Below, piece by piece: positions 7,112 to 15,618 of a stretch of 22,300 nt of DNA. Positions within the stretch are counted from its first letter, which is position 1; each line of letters opens with the position of its first letter. Made by a program: the position numbers and the translations under genes. The notes below the pieces were generated by a model that saw only the letters and a program-made list of their open reading frames with translations, ran no database searches and was not told where the DNA came from. The stretch spans positions 1 through 22,300 of the forward strand of contig JBDRKX010000022.1 of NCBI GenBank assembly GCA_043813605.1, in the 5' to 3' direction. Source of the stretch: Elusimicrobiota bacterium. Its GTDB lineage: Bacteria > CG03 > SLGR01 > JBDRKX01.

Positions 7112-9417
7112 ATATCCCCGGCCAAATAAAAATATCAAAAAGATCAATAATATTCTTCTGCCTGGCGGCCTGCCTGGCAATCCCTCTTTGTGCAGCCGAT
7201 GTCAAGAACAGGGAACTTGTCGTATGGGCAATGGGATATGAGGGTACACAGATATCTAAAATGGCGAGGATATTCGAAAAACAGAATCCCGGAGTAGAAG
7301 TCATAACACAAGCAATACCATGGGGAGCGGCACATGAAAAACTGCTGACATCTATTGTAGGAGGTGTGCCGCCGGATATCTCACAGATGGGAACCACCTG
7401 GATCCCTGAATTCCAGTCAATGGATGCGTTTGAACCGCTGGATGATCATATTGCCGGTTCAGATCTCAGGAAAGAGGATTTTTTTGAAAGTTCATACGGT
7501 ATAGGAAAAATAAACGGGAGTCTTTACGGGATTCCCTGGTATGTGGAGACCAGGGTGCTTTTTTACCGTACCGATATACTGGAAAAAGCCGGATATGATT
7601 CACCACCTGAAACATGGGAAGAGTTTTACAATATTTGTACGGCTTTGGTCGAAGATACTGACGGAAACGGAGAGATCGACCGTTACGGGATATCTCTGCC
7701 TGTAAAGGATGAACAGTCTTTCCTTCCTGTACTGTGGCAGAACGGGGGCAGTATACTCGATGACAGGCTTGACAAGATCACGGTTACCGGCGAAGAGTTT
7801 GCCGGCGCCGCCGCATTCTACAAGAAGTTTTTTGATAACAAAGCAGCGCCGACAAGTACCGGGCTCGGAGTTCTATGGGCTTTCAAGGAAGGGATATATC
7901 CCATGTTTATATCAGGCCCCTGGATGGTAAACATAATAAAAAAAGAAGCTCCGGAGATAGCAGGCAAATGGAATGTGGCTCTTCTGCCAGGGAAAAAGAA
8001 CAGGAATTCTTTTGTAGGCGGATGCCATATGGTGATCTTTAAGGATTCTAAGAATAAGGAACTGGCATGGAAATTCATAGAGTTCATGTCTGATCCCGAT
8101 AACCAGATCAAATGGTTTGAGCTTGCCGGCGGATTGCCCTCAAATCTTCGCTCATGGCAATCCGGCTATTTTGACAGTAAACCGATGATAAAAGTATTCG
8201 GCGAACAGATGATGCATACAAAAAGTCCTCCAAACATACCCCAGTGGGAAGAAATAGCGTCAGTAATAAAACAGCGGATAGAAGAATATATACTGGGACA
8301 GATCCCGGTATCCAGGATGCAGCAACTCCTGAAGGATGATATCGAGAAAATATTGACTGTAACCGAAAAAGGAAGCCGTAATGTCGTCCCATGGTTCATT
8401 ATTGTATCTTTATGCGGTATTACGCTGTTCTTGATGTATGCCAACTATACACTTAAGAGTAAAAAGAACATTGCTGTTGTTCAGCAGGACAAGATCAGGC
8501 TTGACATGGCTCCGCCGGGCGGTGTTCCCGGTAGAGGACGGCAAAGGTATTATATACCTTATCTGTTTATATTGCCTTCAATAATCACTCTTCTCGTTTT
8601 TCTCTATTTTCCTATTTTCAGTTCTTTCCTGATAAGCCTGACGAACTGGAATATATACAGTTTTTCCAATATAGAAAACCTGAGGTTCATAGGCCTGGAT
8701 AATTATTTTCTGCTCTTCCGTGACAAGATATTCTGGCAGGCACTCCTTAATACTACAGTATTTTCCGGAGTGGGAATACCGCTTAATATAGGCCTGGCAC
8801 TGTTTCTTGCCGTGATAATAGATAAGAGATATATACAGAACAAGGCTATCTTCAGGGCCGGCTATTTCATGCCTGTGGTAACAACGCTTGTAGCTGTAGC
8901 GGTAGTATGGAAATGGCTGTATAATCCCGAGTACGGGCTCATTAATTACCTTATAGGATTTATAGGCATAGAAAAACAGCAGTGGCTCAGCAGCCCTACA
9001 TTGGCACTGCCGTCACTCATTGTGATGTCGGTATGGAAGAATTTCGGATACAATATGGTCATTATCCTGGCCGGATTGCAGACTATTCCCAGCAGTCTAT
9101 ACGAGGCCGCGAGTGTCGACGGGGCTGACGCCTGGCAGTCATTCTGGCATATAACTCTGCCGAGCCTTAAGCCTACGCTGTTTTTTGTGATGATCATGAC
9201 CACGATCGGATCGCTGCAGTTCTTTGCAGAACCGTATATAATGACCGACGGTGGACCGCTAAATAAGACCATATCAATAGTCATGCACATGTATAACCAG
9301 GGATTCATGTTCTTCAAGTTCGGATACGGCACAGCGGTTGCCTATGTCCTTTTTGTATGCATTCTTCTTTTTACGGTTATTCAGATATTATACAGCAGGA
9401 AACTGGAGGCTAAATAA
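7108..9417 (+). CDS. Fused carbohydrate ABC transporter substrate-binding protein + MalF/UgpA-type permease
   Basis: TTG start overlaps the upstream TGA. A signal-like segment is followed by SBP family-1 motifs (VWAMG, IPWGAAHEKLLT, PPDISQMGTTWIPEF, YGIPWYVETRVLFYRTD, PPETWEEF, KELAWKFIEFM). One linker TM helix follows, then a permease (PYLFILP, FIGLDNY, EAA loop SLYEAASVDGA..WQSFWHITLP, MTDGGP). No stop between the parts. Confidence 0.9.
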   Translation: MNIPGQIKISKRSIIFFCLAACLAIPLCAADVKNRELVVWAMGYEGTQISKMARIFEKQNPGVEVITQAIPWGAAHEKLLTSIVGGVPPDISQMGTTWIPEFQSMDAFEPLDDHIAGSDLRKEDFFESSYGIGKINGSLYGIPWYVETRVLFYRTDILEKAGYDSPPETWEEFYNICTALVEDTDGNGEIDRYGISLPVKDEQSFLPVLWQNGGSILDDRLDKITVTGEEFAGAAAFYKKFFDNKAAPTSTGLGVLWAFKEGIYPMFISGPWMVNIIKKEAPEIAGKWNVALLPGKKNRNSFVGGCHMVIFKDSKNKELAWKFIEFMSDPDNQIKWFELAGGLPSNLRSWQSGYFDSKPMIKVFGEQMMHTKSPPNIPQWEEIASVIKQRIEEYILGQIPVSRMQQLLKDDIEKILTVTEKGSRNVVPWFIIVSLCGITLFLMYANYTLKSKKNIAVVQQDKIRLDMAPPGGVPGRGRQRYYIPYLFILPSIITLLVFLYFPIFSSFLISLTNWNIYSFSNIENLRFIGLDNYFLLFRDKIFWQALLNTTVFSGVGIPLNIGLALFLAVIIDKRYIQNKAIFRAGYFMPVVTTLVAVAVVWKWLYNPEYGLINYLIGFIGIEKQQWLSSPTLALPSLIVMSVWKNFGYNMVIILAGLQTIPSSLYEAASVDGADAWQSFWHITLPSLKPTLFFVMIMTTIGSLQFFAEPYIMTDGGPLNKTISIVMHMYNQGFMFFKFGYGTAVAYVLFVCILLFTVIQILYSRKLEAK

Positions 9418-9418
9418 T

Positions 9419-10258
9419 ATGAATTCAGAATACGCGATTGAGATAAAGATAAGAAAAATAGTGTTACAGGCTATCCTGGTCTGCGGATTGATCATGACGC
9501 TTACGCCTTTTTTCTGGATGATATCTACATCTTTTAAATCCAATGCGGGAATACACGCGATGCCTCCGCAATGGCTGCCGAAAGAACCGACGCTCTCTCA
9601 TTACAGGGCGCTTTTTGAAGAGATTAATTTTTTCAGGTATTTCGTAAACAGTACGATAGTTGCCGTAATCGTTACCGCGCTGGGACTTTTTTTTAATTCT
9701 TTGGCAGGTTATGCTTTCGCTAAATTCAGGTTCCCGGGCCGTGACAGGATATTCGCGATACTGATAATCGCCCTGATGGTACCTTCCCAGGTCACCATGA
9801 TGCCGGTATTCCTCATTTTAAAGAAATTCGGGCTGCTGAATTCTTACATGGGACTTATTGTTTCAGGTACCATATCGGTTTACAGCATTTTTTTAATGAG
9901 GCAGTTTGTCATGACAATACCAAATGAACTTATAGAATCAGCGCGTATCGACGGGTGCTCAGAGATAGGTATCTACTGGAAGATAATAATGCCGCTCTGT
10001 AAACCTGTTCTTGCCACTCTCGGAATATTTACTTTTATGTCATCATGGAACAGTTTCCTGTGGCCGCTGATCGTGATGATACGTGAAGAGATGTATACAC
10101 TGCCCGTAGCGCTGGCGAATTTGAGCGGACAGCATGCCGAAAAATTCGGTCTGGTTATGGCCGGCGCGGTAATAGTAGTGATCCCTGTGATAATAGTATT
10201 CCTGTTTGCGCAGAAATACATAATAGAGGGAATAAGTACAACAGGATTGAAGGGATAA
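9419..10258 (+). CDS. Carbohydrate ABC transporter permease (MalG/UgpE type)
   Basis: Motifs PFFWMISTSFK, LAGYAFAKFRFPGR, EAA loop IPNELIESARIDG, WNSFLWPL, QKYIIEGISTTGLKG. Start placed at ATG 9419, just after the upstream stop and 9 nt after GGAGG (9405-9409). Confidence 0.92.
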   Translation: MNSEYAIEIKIRKIVLQAILVCGLIMTLTPFFWMISTSFKSNAGIHAMPPQWLPKEPTLSHYRALFEEINFFRYFVNSTIVAVIVTALGLFFNSLAGYAFAKFRFPGRDRIFAILIIALMVPSQVTMMPVFLILKKFGLLNSYMGLIVSGTISVYSIFLMRQFVMTIPNELIESARIDGCSEIGIYWKIIMPLCKPVLATLGIFTFMSSWNSFLWPLIVMIREEMYTLPVALANLSGQHAEKFGLVMAGAVIVVIPVIIVFLFAQKYIIEGISTTGLKG

Positions 10259-10262
10259 ATAT

Positions 10263-12596
10263 ATGCTTGAAAGCGATAAATCATATTTCATGCTGGACGG
10301 GGAACCGTTCTATATTTTTTCGGGTGAGATGCATTATTTCAGGATAGAACCATCAAAATGGAAACTTCATCTTGCAAGGGCCAGAGAAGCCGGTTTGAAT
10401 ACGGTAAGTACATATATTCCCTGGTCATGGCATGAATACGAAGAAAATAAATACGATTTCAGCGGGAAGACCCATCCTCAGCGGAATATAGAAGGATTTC
10501 TTAAAGAAGTCAAAGAGTCAGGTCTTTATCTTACTGTACGCATAGGCCCGTTCTCCAATGCCGAATTAAAGGGAGAAGGAATACCGTTCTGGCTGACCGG
10601 GAACTATCCGGAAGTATATTCCACCGGAGAAGGAATAGTCAATCTTCCCCACACTATGCTCATATCTTATATTAATCCGGTTTTCAGAAAATTCGTAAAA
10701 AAATGGTATGGTGAAGTGATATCAGTATTTCTACCGTATCTTGCCAGCAGGGGAGGCAATATCCTTCTTGTGCAGCTCTGTAACGAAATAGGGATGATAC
10801 AATGGGTGAACGGCAGAGGGGACTACAGCAATGAAGCGACAGAGATGTACCGGGAATATCTGAAAGATAAGTATTCTAATATAGATAAACTGGCTGAAAT
10901 GTATCCCGGGTGTGATTTTAAGGATTTTACCGAAATCCAGCAGACTTCGAACAGGCAGAAATACGGGTGGCAGGATTTCGCGGACTGGGCCGATTTCTAT
11001 CGTAGATATTTCGCCGATTATTATGTCTTCCTGTATAATACGGCTAAAGAAAAAGGGATAGATATCCCTGTGATTGCAAATATACCTCAGTTTATAGATT
11101 TCGATGTAAGGGGAAGAGGGTTTGCGAGTCCTATGACTACTTCATTCTATAAATACATTCCTTCGGCTGTAAAGGATGTAGTCTTCGGCGGTGCTTACCA
11201 GATGAGAAGAATGGATTATGAGAATTTTCATGATGTGTATATAACTACGCAGGTGGTAAAAACGCTTACCAGGTATTCCAATCCGGTATTGTGTGCCGAA
11301 CTCCAGACAGGCATTCTGCGGGATAAACCGAGGCTCTACGCTTCTGATGTAGAACTGAATTTAAAGACATCGCTTGCATCGGGAGTGGACGGAGTTAACT
11401 GCTATATGTTCAGCGGCGGAGAAAATCCGGATAATATAGGTATGTTCGGCAAACGGCATCAGTGGCAGGCGCCCGTAGATTCCGAAGGTGTGACCGATGA
11501 TAAATATGAAGTGCTGAAAGAGTACGGGGAATTCATTGAAAGTTTCGGTAACACTGTTGCCAGGACAAAACCTCTTGTTCAGACAACTTTCGGAATATAT
11601 CCGCCTTATTACGGCACTGAATTCCTCAGTGATGCTGATTGCGGCTTTCTGGTATATGCAAGGAACAGGTATTTTTTTGACGGGATCGGAAGACTCTTGA
11701 GCATGGGCAGTACAGCATATGATGTTATCGACCTGCATGAGGGTGAACTGGACCCGGAGAAGATCAGCTCAATGATGGTTTTTTCACTTTCATTTATGGA
11801 GGAAGCAGTTCAGAAGAAGCTGCTGAAGTATGTGAAAGCCGGCGGGAAGCTGATGCTTTTCCCGGAGCTCCCGGAGCGTGACCTCAGCGGAAACAGCTGC
11901 AGGATCATTGCGGATGCCGTGGGAGTGAAAGTGAAGAAAAAGATATTCCCATCTTTGGTGGATTACGGGGAGCAGGAAAGTTTTACGGAAGGCGCTGTAT
12001 CCATAGTAGAGCCATCCGGTAAATATAAAGTGATTGCAACAGTGGAAGACAGCATCTGTTCGTTTGCAAAGGATATGGGAAAAGGGCGTTTTGTCTTTAT
12101 GGGATCTCCCATGCCGCATTATTACGATTATCATGTTGAAATAGCAGACAGGATAATAAGAGAAGAACTCGGTGTTATACGTAAGATAAATATTGACCCG
12201 TACGATATTGTAGGATTTCTCAGGACTTCAAAAGAAGGAAGTTTCCTTTTTCTGTTGAATTATCATCAGAAAAAATATTCTGTTAATGTGAAAGTCGATG
12301 TGCCTGAGAAGGGTGTGGATTTTGAATCTGAAGATATTCATATTAACAGCAGGAGCGCGAAGATCCTTCCTCTCGGCGTAAAACTGGACGACCGCACTGC
12401 AATCAGGTCTTCTACGGTTGAAGTGCTTTCAGCTTTCAGGAAAAAAGACATTGTGATATTAAAGATAAAAGGCTGTATCGGAGAAACAGCCAGGATAATA
12501 CTTGAGAGGGACGGGAAGTTTTATGAACATTCGAAAAAGATGCAGGACCAGACAGAAGAAATAGAGATAATCTGTAAACGTAAAGGAGAATCATAG
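10263..12596 (+). CDS. Cytoplasmic GH35 enzyme with GH42-like trimerisation domain; candidate beta-1,2-glucosyltransglycosylase (IaSGT-like) or glycosidase
   Basis: GH35 motifs FSGEMHYFRI, AGLNTVSTYIPWSWHE, VRIGPF..AE...GIP.W, acid/base region QLCNEIG, putative nucleophile AELQTG, NCYMFSGGEN. LLKYVKAGGKL marks the trimerisation-like domain. No signal peptide. Substrate is inferred from context. Confidence 0.8.
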   Translation: MLESDKSYFMLDGEPFYIFSGEMHYFRIEPSKWKLHLARAREAGLNTVSTYIPWSWHEYEENKYDFSGKTHPQRNIEGFLKEVKESGLYLTVRIGPFSNAELKGEGIPFWLTGNYPEVYSTGEGIVNLPHTMLISYINPVFRKFVKKWYGEVISVFLPYLASRGGNILLVQLCNEIGMIQWVNGRGDYSNEATEMYREYLKDKYSNIDKLAEMYPGCDFKDFTEIQQTSNRQKYGWQDFADWADFYRRYFADYYVFLYNTAKEKGIDIPVIANIPQFIDFDVRGRGFASPMTTSFYKYIPSAVKDVVFGGAYQMRRMDYENFHDVYITTQVVKTLTRYSNPVLCAELQTGILRDKPRLYASDVELNLKTSLASGVDGVNCYMFSGGENPDNIGMFGKRHQWQAPVDSEGVTDDKYEVLKEYGEFIESFGNTVARTKPLVQTTFGIYPPYYGTEFLSDADCGFLVYARNRYFFDGIGRLLSMGSTAYDVIDLHEGELDPEKISSMMVFSLSFMEEAVQKKLLKYVKAGGKLMLFPELPERDLSGNSCRIIADAVGVKVKKKIFPSLVDYGEQESFTEGAVSIVEPSGKYKVIATVEDSICSFAKDMGKGRFVFMGSPMPHYYDYHVEIADRIIREELGVIRKINIDPYDIVGFLRTSKEGSFLFLLNYHQKKYSVNVKVDVPEKGVDFESEDIHINSRSAKILPLGVKLDDRTAIRSSTVEVLSAFRKKDIVILKIKGCIGETARIILERDGKFYEHSKKMQDQTEEIEIICKRKGES

Positions 12597-12598
12597 AT

Positions 12599-13747
12599 AT
12601 GGCGGAAGTAATACTGAATAATGTGTCAAAGATATATGACAGCGATGTGGTCGGTTGTAAGGAAGTGGATCTAAAAATAAAAGACAAGGAATTCTGTATT
12701 CTCGTAGGGCCTTCCGGATGCGGCAAATCTACCACTCTGAGAGCCATAGCTGGTCTGGAAGAGATAACATCGGGAGAACTGAAAATTGACGATATTAAAG
12801 TTAACGATATGCCGCCGAAAGACAGGGATATAGCAATGGTGTTTCAGAACTATGCTCTTTATCCCCATATGAAAGTACGCGATAATATGGCTTTTGGACT
12901 CAAACTGAGGAAATACCCCAAAAAAGAGATAGATGACAGGGTTGATGAAGCCGCAAAAATACTTGGAATAACACATCTTCTGGACCGCCGGCCAAAACAG
13001 CTGAGTGGAGGACAAAGGCAGAGAGTCGCTCTCGGAAGAGCTATTGTCAGAAAACCAAAAGTATTTCTGTTCGATGAGCCTCTGAGCAATCTTGATGCCA
13101 AATTAAGGGTCCAGATGAGAGTGGAGATAAAGAAGCTGCATGCCAAACTTCAGACTACGATGATATATGTGACTCATGATCAGGTAGAAGCGATGACAAT
13201 GGGGGACAGGATCGTAGTTATGAGAGACGGACTCATCCAGCAGGTTGACGAACCTATCCGTTTGTATAATAAACCGACCAATCTTTTTGTAGCGGGATTT
13301 ATGGGTTCTCCATCTATGAATTTTATAAATGTCAGGGTAGTAGCTAAACAGGAAACATACAGTCTGGTCGAATCCGGAGACGGAGACGGAGACGGAGAAA
13401 GATTTAAATTTAAAATAAAAAAAGAAGGATTCAGTTTTCTTGAACCCTATAAAAACTGCGAAATCGTGATGGGAATACGTCCTGAAGATGTTATTGACAG
13501 GATATATGCCCAGGTTGAGAGAAGTGCGGATGTGATACATGCGACTGTAGAGGCTGAAGAACCGATGGGCAGTGAGAACTATATTCATGCAAAAACCGGC
13601 CGCAATAAACTTGTTATTAAAACAGAAGCTTCTAACAGGGTTAAAATGGGTGATGAACTGGAATTACTTTTTAATCCTGAGAAAATCCATATTTTTAATA
13701 AGGAAACAAGTGAGAGAATAGATTATCAGGAAAAAGATCCTGTATAA
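12599..13747 (+). CDS. ugpC: Sugar ABC transporter ATP-binding subunit (MalK/MsmX/UgpC family)
   Basis: Walker A GPSGCGKST, Q-loop VFQNYALYPHM, signature LSGGQRQRVALGRA, Walker B FLFDEPLSNLDAKLR, H-loop YVTHDQVEAMTMGD, TOBE region GIRPED. RBS AAGGAG upstream. The symbol is a family label, not a substrate call. Confidence 0.95.
   Translation: MAEVILNNVSKIYDSDVVGCKEVDLKIKDKEFCILVGPSGCGKSTTLRAIAGLEEITSGELKIDDIKVNDMPPKDRDIAMVFQNYALYPHMKVRDNMAFGLKLRKYPKKEIDDRVDEAAKILGITHLLDRRPKQLSGGQRQRVALGRAIVRKPKVFLFDEPLSNLDAKLRVQMRVEIKKLHAKLQTTMIYVTHDQVEAMTMGDRIVVMRDGLIQQVDEPIRLYNKPTNLFVAGFMGSPSMNFINVRVVAKQETYSLVESGDGDGDGERFKFKIKKEGFSFLEPYKNCEIVMGIRPEDVIDRIYAQVERSADVIHATVEAEEPMGSENYIHAKTGRNKLVIKTEASNRVKMGDELELLFNPEKIHIFNKETSERIDYQEKDPV
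13375..13398 (+). repeat. In-frame hexanucleotide tandem repeat (CGGAGA)x4
   Basis: Four perfect copies encoding SGDGDGDGE in the C-terminal domain of the ABC ATPase. Confidence 0.9.
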
Positions 13748-13787
13748 GATCAAAACACTTCAAATTGAATCTCTTTATTATACGGTT

Positions 13788-14648
13788 ATGAGCCGGTTTA
13801 ACAGGCAAGTGTTCATAATCAAAACACAATTTTTACTGGTGTGTCTTCTGGCAGGACTGATACAGGTAAATGCAAGTGGTGAGCCCGATAAGAAAGAAGT
13901 ATTCATGGGGGAACATTTCCAAATCGAATTGCCGTTAGAGGCTTCTCCTGCCATATCATCCATCGAAAGCCCTGTCTGGTATGCCCAAATTTTTGATTAT
14001 TCCTTGAACAACGGTAACATACTTGTGACAGCTGCCGTATATGATATCGGTGAGATGACAGTTCCTGTCATAGCGCGTTTAGGCGAGGGTGATAACGCTG
14101 AAGAATTTAATATAGGTGAATTTTCCATAAAAGCAAAGGAGATAGTGAAAGAGAAGGTTACAGAGAATACATCTATAAGGCCGATAAAAAATGTTGTAAA
14201 AATAAATGATGTAGATAGCAGATGGATTCTGGGACTTACTTTTATTCTTGCATTATTCACTATTATATATCTAAGGGAGAAAAGAAAAAGAGAAAAGAGG
14301 GCCCTTGAGAAAAAACCTCTTACTATAATGGATCGGGCTCTCCTGAGGCTAAGAGAGATAAAGGAAGCTGATTATCCTTCACGCGGAGAGTATAAAGTAT
14401 ATTATGACGCTATATCTGACTGTGTGAGGATGTATATTGAAAAACGCTATGATGTGCCGGTATTGTCACTGACACTTTACGAAGCAACGAATATGCTGAA
14501 AATACGCTATAACGAGGAAATATATGGCAGAAGCAGGCATATGTTCGAAGAGTGTGACTGGATAAAGTTTACACCTGAAGGTATGGAACCGTCTAATATC
14601 GAATCGGTCTGGAATCAGGCCTACAACCTTATAAAAAATGACCTTTAA
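13788..14648 (+). CDS. Bat-cluster-associated membrane protein (the hypothetical gene typically preceding batA)
   Basis: Signal-like N-terminus, IRPIK before a single TM helix (WILGLTFILALFTIIYL), then a basic stretch and YKVYYDAISDCVRMYIEKRY...T..E and CDWIKF, the pattern typical of the gene upstream of batA. Overlaps the batA start. Confidence 0.65.
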   Translation: MSRFNRQVFIIKTQFLLVCLLAGLIQVNASGEPDKKEVFMGEHFQIELPLEASPAISSIESPVWYAQIFDYSLNNGNILVTAAVYDIGEMTVPVIARLGEGDNAEEFNIGEFSIKAKEIVKEKVTENTSIRPIKNVVKINDVDSRWILGLTFILALFTIIYLREKRKREKRALEKKPLTIMDRALLRLREIKEADYPSRGEYKVYYDAISDCVRMYIEKRYDVPVLSLTLYEATNMLKIRYNEEIYGRSRHMFEECDWIKFTPEGMEPSNIESVWNQAYNLIKNDL

Positions 14649-15618
14649 AAATCCTGAATATTTTTTCCTGATAATTCCGATACTTCTCTTTTTTTATATT
14701 AAAAGACGGCAGCGGCCGCCGGCTCTTCTTTATTCCATGTCTGATTTTCTCAAGAGCAGGGTGCCTTCCGGCAGGTTCGGAAGAATACTGGTAAGGTATC
14801 TGAGATTTGCGGCGGTCTGCCTTATGATAACAGCACTGGCCAGGCCGAGAGAGGATCTTAAGGAAAGGAATTACATAAAGTCGACGATCGATATAATGCT
14901 TGTAATGGATGTCTCCAGGAGTATGAAAGCTATAGATTTTGATCCATATAACAGGATGCAGGCCGCAGTAAAAGCTGCAAAAGAATTCATAGCTAACAGG
15001 AGTTCGGACAGGCTGGGCGTTGTCCTGTTCGCTTCAATGCCTGTTCTCCATTGTCCGTTAACCCTTGATAATGATGCGGTCGCCAGCATTATGGAAAACA
15101 TATCAGCAGGCATGATAGGTGCCGGAGGAACAGCTATCGGCATGGGAGTCGCTTTGGGTCTTAAATACCTGGACCGTTCTGATTCTCCATCAAAGGTCAT
15201 GATACTTCTGACAGATGGGGCTAATAATGCGGGCTTTATAAAACCGCTTGAAGCAGCCGGCATGGCCGCTGCCCTGGATATTAAAATCTATACGATAGGT
15301 ACCGGGAAACCCGGTCCGGCAAGAATACCTGTCGATGACCCTGTCATGGGTCGGCGTTATGTTACAATAGCGGATGAACTTGATGAAAAAACCCTTCAAG
15401 AGATAGCCGACATCACCGGAGGCAAGTATTTCAGGGCAACTTCATTTGAAAAACTTAACGAGATATATGCTCAGATTGACATGATGGAAAAGAGCGAGGT
15501 TAAAGTAAAAGAGTATTTTGAGTATGAAGAGAAGTTTTATCCTTTTCTGTTTGCAGCGCTGCTGTTGATCTTACTGGAAATGCTTCTCAGGTTCATGAGG
15601 CCGGGGATGTTCACATGA
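14638..15618 (+). CDS. batA: BatA-like vWA domain membrane protein
   Basis: N-terminal MTFKNPEYF + TM, ALARP, MIDAS motif DVSRSM, DRLGVVLFA, PLTLD, GTAIGMG, ILLTDGANNAG, IYTIGTG, LDEKTLQEIA..TGGKYFRAT, C-terminal TM. Confidence 0.88.
   Translation: MTFKNPEYFFLIIPILLFFYIKRRQRPPALLYSMSDFLKSRVPSGRFGRILVRYLRFAAVCLMITALARPREDLKERNYIKSTIDIMLVMDVSRSMKAIDFDPYNRMQAAVKAAKEFIANRSSDRLGVVLFASMPVLHCPLTLDNDAVASIMENISAGMIGAGGTAIGMGVALGLKYLDRSDSPSKVMILLTDGANNAGFIKPLEAAGMAAALDIKIYTIGTGKPGPARIPVDDPVMGRRYVTIADELDEKTLQEIADITGGKYFRATSFEKLNEIYAQIDMMEKSEVKVKEYFEYEEKFYPFLFAALLLILLEMLLRFMRPGMFT

Noticed and set aside
9338..9418. Longer start for the second permease given by the ORF track
   Set aside because: It overlaps the upstream gene by 80 bp; ATG 9419 has a GGAGG site and gives a normal-length permease.
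13759..13769. Inverted repeat TTCAA-A-TTGAA between the sugar and Bat clusters as an operator or terminator
   Set aside because: Only 5-bp arms in AT-rich DNA, a single copy, and no regulator in the window; consistent with chance.
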